Origin: Gaiellales bacterium | GTDB lineage: Bacteria; Actinomycetota; Thermoleophilia; Gaiellales; Gaiellaceae | Length of the DNA stretch: 32,000 nucleotides | NCBI GenBank assembly: GCA_046330455.1 | Contig: JAXLSU010000002.1 | Span: 297,837 to 329,836, forward strand | Reading direction: 5' to 3' | Shown here: in pieces, positions 15,659 to 23,815 of the stretch | How the letters are laid out: every line of letters starts with the position of its first letter | Position numbering within the stretch: position 1 is the first letter of the stretch | Program-made: the position numbers and the translations under genes | The notes under the pieces: model-generated | Seen by the model: the letters and a program-made list of their open reading frames with translations, nothing else | What the model was told of the DNA's origin: nothing | The model's database searches: none

Positions 15659-17305
15659 TCAGGTGAGCTCGTGCAGCGCGGCGTGCACGCGCTCGAGCGC
15701 CTGCTGGAGCTCCTTCGTCTGCGCGAGGGCGGCGCCCGCGAGCTTCTTGCGCAGGAACCGCTCCCGAAGCCGCAGGAGTAGCTCTCTGGCCGCCCGCTCG
15801 TCGATCGCCTCCGCCGTCGCGAGCGCGTCGAGCTCGGCCTCGAACCGGGCGAGCTCCTCGTCGGCTGCCCCGTTCTGGCCGACGAGACGCGACCGCATCC
15901 GCCTGTGGAGCTCCGACTCGAAGTGCTCGGGCGTGATCTCGGCGAGGATCCGGACGAGGTCACGGTGGGCGAGCACGCCGGCGAGCACGCCGCGCTCGAG
16001 CCGGTCGCGGGCCTCGAGGGCCTTTCGCGAGACGGCACCGGTCGATCGGGACGCCCTCGGCGCCAGAGCCGCCTGGAGATCACGCGGCAGGTCGAGGCGG
16101 TCGGCCGCGTACTCGACGGCCTCCATCCACTCCGTGTTCTGATCGAAGCTCGCCATCACCTCGCGCAGCCGCTGGAAGGCGACCTCGCGGCTCGGCGCCC
16201 GGTCGATCTCGAGCTTCACGCGGTGGCGGGGATAGGACTCCGCCCGTTCGAGGCGCTCGGCGAAGCCCTCGGCCGCGTCGGCCGGGTCTGTGCCCTGCGG
16301 AAGCAAGACGATCCGCACCTCGTCGAACTGGCGGTACGCGAGCTCCATGCCCCGAAGCGTCGCCGTCTCACCGGCCTTGTCGGCATCGAAGCAGAGAAAC
16401 AGGCGCGAGCAGAGGCGCCGCAACTCCCGGAGCTGGCGCTCGGTGAGCGCCGTGCCCATCGCGGCGACGGCGGTCGTCAACCCGGCCTGGTGGAGCGCGA
16501 GCACGTCCGTGTAGCCCTCGACGACCAGTGCCCTGTCGTCCTTTGCGATCGTCGCACGGGCGCGGTCGAGCCCGTACACGATCGCGCTCTTCTGGAAGAG
16601 CTCGGTCTCCTGCGTGTTCACGTACTTGCCGCGGAGCGGATCGTCGTCTCGGAGACGGCGCGCCCCGAAGCCGAGCACGCGGCCACGGGCATCGGCGAGC
16701 GGAAAGATCAGCCGGGCCCCGAAGGCGTCGTTGCCCCGCCGATTCACGAGCCCGGCCGCGGCGAGCTCGTCAGGCGCGTACCCCTTCTCGCGCGCCTTGC
16801 GAGGTAGCACCTCCCCGCCCGGCGAGAGCCCGAGCCTGAACGCACGACACGTCTCCTCCCGGAGCCCACGCCCGGCGAGGTACGCGCGCACCGGCTCGCC
16901 CGCGGGCGAGTCCCACAGGTAGCGCTCGTAGTAGCGGGCGGCATCTTCGAGCAGCGAGAGCAGGCGCTCGCGGCGCTCGCGGTCGCCAGCACTCCGTCCC
17001 GCACCCTGCTCGTACTCGAGCGTGACGCGGTAGCGCTCCGCAAGCGTTTCGACCGCCTCCACGAAGTCGAGGCCCTCCGTCTCGCGCACGAACGAGAAGA
17101 CGTCGCCTCCCTTCTGGCAGCCGAAGCAGTAGTACGTCCCGCGCTCGGGGCTGACCGAGAAGCTCGGCGTGCGCTCGTCGTGGAACGGGCAGCGCCCGAC
17201 GAACCGCGATCCGACCCGGCGAAGCTGGACGCGCGAGCCGACGATCTCGACGATGTCGGCGGCCGCGCGCACCGCCTCGATCGACGTGTCGCGGATCAGC
17301 GCCAT
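15659..17305 (-). CDS. dnaG: DNA primase
   Basis: MALIRDTSIEAVRAAADIVEIVG...GRCPFHDERTPSFSVSPERGTYYCFGCQKGGDVFSFV (CHC2 zinc finger). A TOPRIM region follows (LVVEGYTDVLALHQAG...CFDADKAG). Confidence 0.95.
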   Translation of the reverse strand: MALIRDTSIEAVRAAADIVEIVGSRVQLRRVGSRFVGRCPFHDERTPSFSVSPERGTYYCFGCQKGGDVFSFVRETEGLDFVEAVETLAERYRVTLEYEQGAGRSAGDRERRERLLSLLEDAARYYERYLWDSPAGEPVRAYLAGRGLREETCRAFRLGLSPGGEVLPRKAREKGYAPDELAAAGLVNRRGNDAFGARLIFPLADARGRVLGFGARRLRDDDPLRGKYVNTQETELFQKSAIVYGLDRARATIAKDDRALVVEGYTDVLALHQAGLTTAVAAMGTALTERQLRELRRLCSRLFLCFDADKAGETATLRGMELAYRQFDEVRIVLLPQGTDPADAAEGFAERLERAESYPRHRVKLEIDRAPSREVAFQRLREVMASFDQNTEWMEAVEYAADRLDLPRDLQAALAPRASRSTGAVSRKALEARDRLERGVLAGVLAHRDLVRILAEITPEHFESELHRRMRSRLVGQNGAADEELARFEAELDALATAEAIDERAARELLLRLRERFLRKKLAGAALAQTKELQQALERVHAALHELT

Positions 17306-17318
17306 CCGGCCTCGCCGT

Positions 17319-18329
17319 TCACCGGGGAGAGCGGCGGGAGAAGCCGAGGGCGAAGCGGTCGGTCATGCCGGCCACGTAGTCGGTGATTCGCTCCGGGAGG
17401 TCGCCCGGGCGGCCGGGTGGAAGCTCGCCCGGATTCGCGGCGAAGTGGTCGAAGATGAGGCGAACCGTGTCGGTCGCGCGGCGGCGCTCGGTCGCGGCGA
17501 CCGGTCCGAGATAGACCCGCTCGAACATGAACGCGCGCAGCTCGAGCATCGCCGGGCCGATCTCGGGGCCCTGCACGACGTCGCCGGCCGCGCTCGAGGC
17601 CTCGACGAGATCGTGTACGAGCGTGTCGATCCGCTTCGAGCTCGTCGGCCCGAGACGCTCGACCAGCTCGCCCGGCAGGTCGCCCGGGGAGAGGATCCCG
17701 GCGCGCGTCGCGTCGTCGATGTCGTGGTTCAGGTAGGCGAACCGGTCGACGATCCGCACGATCTTGCCCTCGAGCGTCGCGGGCTCGTTCGGCCCCGTGT
17801 GGTTCAGGATCCCGTCCCTCACCTCCCAGGTGAGATTCAGGCCCTGCCCGTCCTTCTCGAGCACCTCGACGACGCGCAGTGACTGCTCGTTGTGGCGGAA
17901 ATGGCGCCCGTACCGCGATGCGAGCACCTCGTCGAGCGTCTCCTCGCCGATGTGACCGAACGGCGGGTGGCCGAGGTCGTGGCCGAGCGCGATCGCCTCG
18001 GTCAGGTCCTCGTTGAGCCGGAGCGCGCGGGCGACGACGCGGGCGATGCCGGCCGCCTCGAGCGTGTGGGTGAGCCTCGTGCGGAAATGGTCGCCGCGGG
18101 GGGCGACGAACACCTGCGTCTTGTGCTTGAGGCGTCGGAACGACTTGCAGTGGACGATCCGGTCGCGGTCGCGCTGGAACGGTGTGCGCAGGCCGCATTC
18201 CTCCTCGGCGACGGCACGCCCGCGGGTCTCGTACGAGCGAACGGCGAGCGGCGACAGCGCCTCGTCTTCGAGCGCCCGGATCCGGGCCTCGAAGCCGTTC
18301 GCGACCGTGCCTGCGAGCTCGGGGGCCAT
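17319..18329 (-). CDS. dgt: dGTP triphosphohydrolase-like HD-domain protein
   Basis: From the ATG at 18329: MAPELAGT...RTPFQRDRDRIVHCKSFRRLKHKTQVF...DHFRTRLTHTLE...LGHDLGHPPFGH...DRFAYLNHDIDD. The track ORF extension to 19265 overlaps the plus-strand gene and is Arg/Pro-rich, so I reject it. The stop lies 13 nt before the dnaG start. Confidence 0.9.
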   Translation of the reverse strand: MAPELAGTVANGFEARIRALEDEALSPLAVRSYETRGRAVAEEECGLRTPFQRDRDRIVHCKSFRRLKHKTQVFVAPRGDHFRTRLTHTLEAAGIARVVARALRLNEDLTEAIALGHDLGHPPFGHIGEETLDEVLASRYGRHFRHNEQSLRVVEVLEKDGQGLNLTWEVRDGILNHTGPNEPATLEGKIVRIVDRFAYLNHDIDDATRAGILSPGDLPGELVERLGPTSSKRIDTLVHDLVEASSAAGDVVQGPEIGPAMLELRAFMFERVYLGPVAATERRRATDTVRLIFDHFAANPGELPPGRPGDLPERITDYVAGMTDRFALGFSRRSPR

Positions 18330-18434
18330 CGTGTCCTCAGCGTAGCGAGGCTCGGTCGCGGCGGAGGGGAGCGGATCGTTCGTACCGACGCCTTGCCCGC
18401 GGCGGCAGACCGTGACACGATCCGTGTGCGGCCA

Positions 18435-20714
18435 ATGGCGAGAGCACGAGCAAGCACGGAGCGGATGGCCGCCGGAGGGGAGCGGCGCGACGGCCGCTTC
18501 CGGAGGGCGCGGGCGCCCGAGGCGGGCTCCGGGCTTCCCGCGACCGCACTCGTCGCCCAGGGCCGTGCTTTCGAGGAGGAATACCGCCGGCATCCGGCAT
18601 GGCCGAGCCTGCGCCGGAGTGTCTGGGCGTGGCTCACCCTGACGGCAGTCGCCGTCGCCGCGTACGGCCTGGCGGTCGCCTACGGAAGCGGGCCGCTGCC
18701 CCACCGCATGCTCGACGCACTGAAGCTGTTTCCGAGCGGGTTTCCCGGGTACGACGAGTCGATGCCCTGGCCGCACCTGCTGGCTCGCTACCTCGCGGCC
18801 CTCGTCTCGCTGTTCGTGACGCTCCGCGTGCTCGCGGCGGTGTTCGCGGACAGGTTCGCCCAGCTGCGAGCCCGGACGCGCAGGGGGCACGCGGTCGTGT
18901 GCGGGCTCGGGGAGACCGGGCTGAGGAGCACGCTCGCACTGCGCACGGCCCGCCGCCCCGTCACGTGCATCGACCTCGCAGCCACCGGCGACGCAGCCGA
19001 TGCCGCCCGCCGCGCCGGCGCTCTCGTCCTGAAGGCCGATGCGACCCAGGTCGTGGCGCTGCGGACGGCCCGGGTCGACCGCGCTGACCAGGTCGTGTGC
19101 GCATGCGAGGCGGACGCGACGAACGCCAGGATTGCGACGACGGCACGGGCGCTCGCCGCGGGCCGCCTGCGCGACCCGCTCGACATCCACGTGTCCATTC
19201 GCGATCCGGACCTCGCCCAGGCGCTCCGGAACCCGTCCTCGGCGCTCGCGGGCGCGCGCATTCACGTGTTCAACGTCACCGCGGTCTGGGCGCGAGCGCT
19301 GCTCGACGATCCCGCGGGTCCGTTCGAGCGTGCGACTCTTTCACCGCCGCGGCTCGTCGTTGCCGGTGCAGGCCCGCTCGGGCGCGCGGTCGTGCGAGGC
19401 GCTGCGCGCCGCTGGCACGACCGGGTGCGGGACGGGACGGCCACCGGAACCATGGCGATCGTGGTCGCCGCCACGGATGCGACGGAGGCCTGCGCTCACC
19501 TCGGCGAGCGCTACCCGGCGGTCGCTCGGACGTCGAGGCTCATTCCCGCTCCGGCGGTGGCTTCTCACGGCGACACGACCGCGCCTGGCGGGCTCGAGGC
19601 TCGACCCGACGCCGTCTATCTCTGCCTGCCCGACCAGAGCGCCAACCTCGCCGCCGCGCTCGACGCCGACCGCGCGCTGCAGGGTCGGGCGCCCGTGTTC
19701 CTCCCCGCGTCGAGCGCCGTCGCCGAGCTCGGGTCGCTCGGGGTCGGCGGGCCGGGCCTCCACCCGGTGGCCCTGCCGACGCACTCGACGAGCCTCGACG
19801 TGCTCCACGACCAGAGGCGCGACGCGCTCGCCCGGTCCGTCCACGAGGAATACCTGGTCAGCCGCCAGGCCGCCGCGGACTTCGGGACGCGACCAGGCGA
19901 CCGGGACTGGGAGCTGCTGCCCGAAAGCCTGCGCGCGGCAAGTCGCGATCATGCCGACCGCATGGTCGAGCAGCTCGGGAGCCTCTGGTACGAGCTCGAG
20001 CCGCGCTACGACTGGGACGAGCCCCTCGTGGAGCTGCCCGCGCCGACGGTGGAGGCGCTGGCCGAGCTCGAGCACGAGCGGTGGCGCGCCGAGCGACACG
20101 CGGCGGGCTGGCGGCTCGGCACCGCGCGTGACGACGACCGCAAGCTCCACGACCTGCTCGTGCCCTGGACCGAGCTTCCGCAGGATGCGAAGGAGCTCGA
20201 CCGTGCGCTCGTCCGCGCCCGGCCGGAGCTGCTTGCCCGGGCGGACTACCGTCTGGGCCGGAGCCGGGTCCGGGAGCTCCTCGCGCAGCGCCTCCACGAA
20301 CGGTACGTCTCCGCTCGGCTCTCCGAGACGCCTGCTGCTGCGGTCCCTGGGTGGTCTGAGCTGCCGGAGGCACAGCGCGAGCTCAACCGGAGCTCGGTCG
20401 ACGACATCGGCGTCAAGCTGGCCCGGATCGGCTGTCGGGCCGCGCTCGCCGTCCCGTCACTGCCCGCCGCGGCGATCTCGCCGTCCGAGCTCGAGCGCCT
20501 GGCCGAGCTCGAGCACGAACGCTGGCTCGAGGAGCGGTACGCCGCGGGCTGGCGTGTCGGACCGAGAGACACAGATGCCGGTACCCACCCTTCCCTCGTT
20601 CCCTGGGCCGAGCTGTCCGAGGCAGAGCGCGAGAAGGACAGGGAGGTGGTGCGGTCGATCCAGCCGCTGCTCGCCGAGGTCGGGTACGCAGTCGTTCGTT
20701 ACGGGCTCGGTTGA
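18435..20714 (+). CDS. Membrane protein: 2 TM helices + two TrkA-N/RCK-type Rossmann domains + four tandem RyR-type repeats
   Basis: The start is taken at the ATG at 18435; the ATG at 18465, preceded by GGAG, is an alternative. Both are the first in-frame ATGs past the divergent dgt. TM helices are VWAWLTLTAVAVAAYGLAVAYG (about 18618-18686) and HLLARYLAALVSLFVTLRVLAAVF (about 18774-18845). GxGxxG motifs are VVCGLGETG (about 18903) and VVAGAGPLG (about 19362). Canonical RyR-domain signatures occur at LAELEHERWRAERHAAGWRLG...KLHDLLVPWTELPQDAKELDR and LAELEHERWLEERYAAGWRVG...THPSLVPWAELSEAEREKDREVV. Each is preceded by a degenerate copy. Confidence 0.8.
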   Translation: MARARASTERMAAGGERRDGRFRRARAPEAGSGLPATALVAQGRAFEEEYRRHPAWPSLRRSVWAWLTLTAVAVAAYGLAVAYGSGPLPHRMLDALKLFPSGFPGYDESMPWPHLLARYLAALVSLFVTLRVLAAVFADRFAQLRARTRRGHAVVCGLGETGLRSTLALRTARRPVTCIDLAATGDAADAARRAGALVLKADATQVVALRTARVDRADQVVCACEADATNARIATTARALAAGRLRDPLDIHVSIRDPDLAQALRNPSSALAGARIHVFNVTAVWARALLDDPAGPFERATLSPPRLVVAGAGPLGRAVVRGAARRWHDRVRDGTATGTMAIVVAATDATEACAHLGERYPAVARTSRLIPAPAVASHGDTTAPGGLEARPDAVYLCLPDQSANLAAALDADRALQGRAPVFLPASSAVAELGSLGVGGPGLHPVALPTHSTSLDVLHDQRRDALARSVHEEYLVSRQAAADFGTRPGDRDWELLPESLRAASRDHADRMVEQLGSLWYELEPRYDWDEPLVELPAPTVEALAELEHERWRAERHAAGWRLGTARDDDRKLHDLLVPWTELPQDAKELDRALVRARPELLARADYRLGRSRVRELLAQRLHERYVSARLSETPAAAVPGWSELPEAQRELNRSSVDDIGVKLARIGCRAALAVPSLPAAAISPSELERLAELEHERWLEERYAAGWRVGPRDTDAGTHPSLVPWAELSEAEREKDREVVRSIQPLLAEVGYAVVRYGLG

Positions 20715-20748
20715 ATCCGGGCAGCCCGAGTGGAAGAATCGACCGGCT

Positions 20749-23580
20749 GTGGCCGACGTGTTCGTCTCGTATGCCCGCGAGGACATCGACGCGGTGCGGC
20801 GGCTGCACGACGCCCTCGTCGCCCGCGGCATGGAGGTCTGGGTCGACTGGGAGGGGATCGAGCCCTCGGACCGGTGGCTCGATTCGATCCGGGAGGCGAT
20901 CGACGGCGCCGATGCCGTGGTGGCGATCGTTTCCCCGGCCTTCCTCGCTTCCGAGATCTGCGCGCTCGAATGCGAGCACGCCTCGTCGCTCAACAAGCGG
21001 CTTATCCCGATCGTCGTCGCCGAGCCGGGCGAGGGACAGCCGGTGCCTCCGTCGATCGCCGAGATCAACTGGATCTTCCTCCGCAGCTCTGACGACTTCG
21101 AGCGCGGCATCGAGGCGCTCGCGCGTGCCGTCGACACCGACATCGACCTCATCCGCACACACACCCGGGTGCTGACCCGGGCGCGCGCCTGGGAGCTGGC
21201 CGGCCGGAAACCGAGCCCCCTGCTTCGCGGCGAGGAGCTCCGCCTCGCCGAGAGCTGGCTCGCCCGCGCGGCGGCGGGCTCACAGCCCCAGCCGACCGAG
21301 CTGCAGGCCGAGTTCGTCGCTGCCAGCCGCCGCCAGACGACCAGGCGTCAACGACTCACCGTCGTGCTCAGCCTCGCCGTCGCCGTGCTCGCCGTGGGCC
21401 TGTCGGTGTTCGCCGTGCTCCAGCGCAACGAGGCCCGTGACCAGCGGCAGGAGGCACAGAAGCAGCGCGACGAGGCAAGACGCCAGGCCGACATCTCCCT
21501 GTCTCGCTCGCTCGCGGCCGAATCGCGAGCCGCGAATGCCGCCGACCAGGCGGTCCTCCTGTCGCTCGAGGCGCGCGCCGTCCGCGACACGCCCCAGGCG
21601 CGCAGCGCGACGGTCTCGGTCTCGCAGCGTCTCCGCGGTGTGGCGGCAGCCTTCTCCGGCGGCGGGGCCGCGATCGCCGACATCGACGTGTCCGGGGACG
21701 GACAGACGCTCGCCGTCGCCGCCGAGGACGGCCTGCTCGAGCTCTGGGATGTCCGGCAGCGTGCCCCTGTCACCGAGCCGGTCAACCTCGGGGACCCGCC
21801 GATCGTCGGGGTCGCCCTCGCCGGCGACGCAACGTCCGGCGTGGTTGCGACGAACACGCTCGTCCGAACGTTCACGGTGGAAGGCGGCATCCAGGCGGAC
21901 GAACCGTTCGGCTCGGAGCAGGGATTCCTCTACGACTTCGCGGTCAGCGCCGATGGGCTCCGGGCCGCGTCTGTCGGCTCGTTGTCCGGGCTCCAGGTCT
22001 TCGATCCGACCTCCGGCGAGCTGCTGTTCTCACGGCCGGCATCCGGGGCCGCGCTCCTCTCGGTGACGTTCTCCCCCGACGGGGCCGCCGTGTTCACCGG
22101 CGACAACACAGGCGCCGTCACCGGCTGGGATGCGACGACCGGCGTGCCGGTCGCAGGGACGCCGACACCCCAGTCCGGCGTCGGCATCTTCTCGCTCGCC
22201 TTCGCGCCGGATGCAAGCCTGCTGGCGGCCGGAGGCAGCGACGGAGGGATCAGGCTCGTGAGCTATCCGGCTTTCCAGTCGCTGGGCGATCCGGTGAGCA
22301 TGCATCGCTCGGGAATCCGGGACCTAGCCTTCAGCCCGGACGGGCAGACGCTCGCAACCGCCGGCGACGACGGGCAGGTGGGTCTCTGGCGCGTGTACGA
22401 GGGGTCGACCGACACCCTGAGCGGCCATCGCGGTGCCGTGAACGCCGTGGAGTTCGCGCCGGACGGCGGGATTCTCTACAGCGGGGGAGCCGACGGCACG
22501 GTGCTCGCCTGGGCGGTTCCGCGCGCCCCGCTCGTACGCTCGCTCGTGCCCGACGGCTTCGTCGAGGACGTCGCCTTCAGTCCGGACGGAAGCACGATCG
22601 CGGTCCCGGTGTATCCCGCCGACGGAGGTGGCCGGGTCGTGCGCTACGGCGTGTCGGATCTGGCCGCCGTCGGCGAGCCGCTCGTCACCGCGAGCGGATC
22701 GCCTCCCCATGTCGCTTCTGCGAAGGACGGGACGCTCGTGATCTGGACCGACGGATCCGTCGAGCTCGCGAAGCCGGGCGCCGAGGCGCCGGCACCGGTC
22801 GCGGTCGAACTCGTGTCGGAGATCAGGAGCGGCGCCGTCAGCCCCGACGGTGAGACGTTCGCCGCGGGCCTCGTGGACGGATCGATCCGGCTGGTCGATC
22901 TCACCGGCAAGGATCCGGCGGGTCGAACCCTCGCAGGCCATGCGAAGCCGGTTCAGAGCGTCGCGTTCGACGCCGCCGGCACGCGGCTCGTGTCCGGCGA
23001 CGAGGAGGGCACCCTCATCCTCTGGGATGCGAGCACCGGTGAGCAGCTGGCGACCGAACCTTCCGCCCACAGCGGCGCCGTCTACGAGGTCGCGTTCGGG
23101 CACGACGGCTCGACCCTCGCCTCCGGCGGCACGGACACGCTCATCCGGCTCTGGTCGCTCGGCGCGAACCGCTCTGAGCTGCTTCCCTCACAGGTCCTCC
23201 GCGGGCACCGAGACGACGTCACCGGGCTCGCCTTCGCTCCCGCCGGCGACCTCCTCGCCTCGACGGCGCTCGACGGATCGGTGAGGATGTGGGACGTCGG
23301 TTCCGGGCTCCCCGTCGGCGATCCGGCGCTGCAGCTCACCGCTGCGAGAGGCGTCGCGTTCAGCCCGGACGGTGGCACGCTCGCGGTCCGTACGCTCACC
23401 GACGTGCAGCTCGAGGACGTCGAGCCCTGGACGGGCGACAGCGGAGAGCTGAAGGCGGCCCTCTGCACCGTTGCCGGGAGGAATCTGACGCCGGCCGAGT
23501 TCCGGGAGTTCCTGCCGGGCCGGCCGTATCACAGGACCTGCGACATGTGGCCTGCCGGCGGGAGCGATCAGGGCTCGTAG
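20749..23580 (+). CDS. TIR domain - single TM helix - coiled coil - multi-blade WD40 repeat protein
   Basis: The GTG at 20749 is the only start codon just upstream of the TIR core in this frame. A GGAAG lies 13 nt upstream, and the gene begins 34 nt after the upstream stop. N-terminus: (M)ADVFVSYAREDIDAVRRLHDALVARGMEVWVDWEGIEPSDRW...AVVAIVSPAFLASEICALECEHA, a TIR_2-like pattern with Glu at the S..C..E position (E74, 20968-20970). TM segment LTVVLSLAVAVLAVGLSVFAVL spans 21355-21420. About 12-14 WD-like blades follow (LELWDV, VTGWDA, VGLWRV, LILWDA, IRLWSL, VRMWDV...). The 570-codon in-frame upstream extension in the track (from 19039) overlaps the RyR gene and is rejected. Confidence 0.85.
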   Translation: MADVFVSYAREDIDAVRRLHDALVARGMEVWVDWEGIEPSDRWLDSIREAIDGADAVVAIVSPAFLASEICALECEHASSLNKRLIPIVVAEPGEGQPVPPSIAEINWIFLRSSDDFERGIEALARAVDTDIDLIRTHTRVLTRARAWELAGRKPSPLLRGEELRLAESWLARAAAGSQPQPTELQAEFVAASRRQTTRRQRLTVVLSLAVAVLAVGLSVFAVLQRNEARDQRQEAQKQRDEARRQADISLSRSLAAESRAANAADQAVLLSLEARAVRDTPQARSATVSVSQRLRGVAAAFSGGGAAIADIDVSGDGQTLAVAAEDGLLELWDVRQRAPVTEPVNLGDPPIVGVALAGDATSGVVATNTLVRTFTVEGGIQADEPFGSEQGFLYDFAVSADGLRAASVGSLSGLQVFDPTSGELLFSRPASGAALLSVTFSPDGAAVFTGDNTGAVTGWDATTGVPVAGTPTPQSGVGIFSLAFAPDASLLAAGGSDGGIRLVSYPAFQSLGDPVSMHRSGIRDLAFSPDGQTLATAGDDGQVGLWRVYEGSTDTLSGHRGAVNAVEFAPDGGILYSGGADGTVLAWAVPRAPLVRSLVPDGFVEDVAFSPDGSTIAVPVYPADGGGRVVRYGVSDLAAVGEPLVTASGSPPHVASAKDGTLVIWTDGSVELAKPGAEAPAPVAVELVSEIRSGAVSPDGETFAAGLVDGSIRLVDLTGKDPAGRTLAGHAKPVQSVAFDAAGTRLVSGDEEGTLILWDASTGEQLATEPSAHSGAVYEVAFGHDGSTLASGGTDTLIRLWSLGANRSELLPSQVLRGHRDDVTGLAFAPAGDLLASTALDGSVRMWDVGSGLPVGDPALQLTAARGVAFSPDGGTLAVRTLTDVQLEDVEPWTGDSGELKAALCTVAGRNLTPAEFREFLPGRPYHRTCDMWPAGGSDQGS

Positions 23581-23815
23581 ATGCGGCCACCGCGGGCCTT
23601 CGTCACGAGTCGTGCAGACAGCGCGCCCGGCGCCGTCGCCGGCTCCGGGCTTCAGCGTGCCGGGCCCGCCCAGACGAACGCTCGCTGCGCTGCTCCTCCC
23701 CTACCCCCACTCCCTCGCTGAATGATCGGGAGCCTGGCGTCAAGATCACTTCTTGTCAGCTTCTGCACCCGGTCTCTGCTTTACAGATCGTCGAGACGGC
23801 TCGACACTCAGATAG

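Noticed and set aside
17319-18329. The dGTPase as an anti-phage dNTP-depletion defence gene linked to the neighbouring TIR module.
   Set aside because: It sits in the conserved housekeeping dgt-dnaG-tRNA-Asn arrangement and is divergently transcribed from the RyR/TIR pair. Nothing in the sequence indicates a defence paralogue. It cannot be fully excluded without phylogeny.
17892-19265. Mutually overlapping long extensions: the 648-aa minus ORF upstream of dgt, and the first 181 codons of the 940-aa plus ORF.
   Set aside because: Each extension runs antisense through the other gene's well-supported coding region and is compositionally off-frame. The dgt core starts at 18329, and the RyR/RCK protein starts at 18435 or 18465.
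19039-20748. A 570-codon in-frame upstream extension makes the TIR-WD40 ORF 1513 aa in the six-frame track.
   Set aside because: It overlaps the RyR/RCK gene in another frame, and its translation is Arg/Pro/Ser/Ala-rich low-complexity sequence. This is typical of off-frame reading in high-GC DNA. The TIR core begins right after the GTG at 20749.
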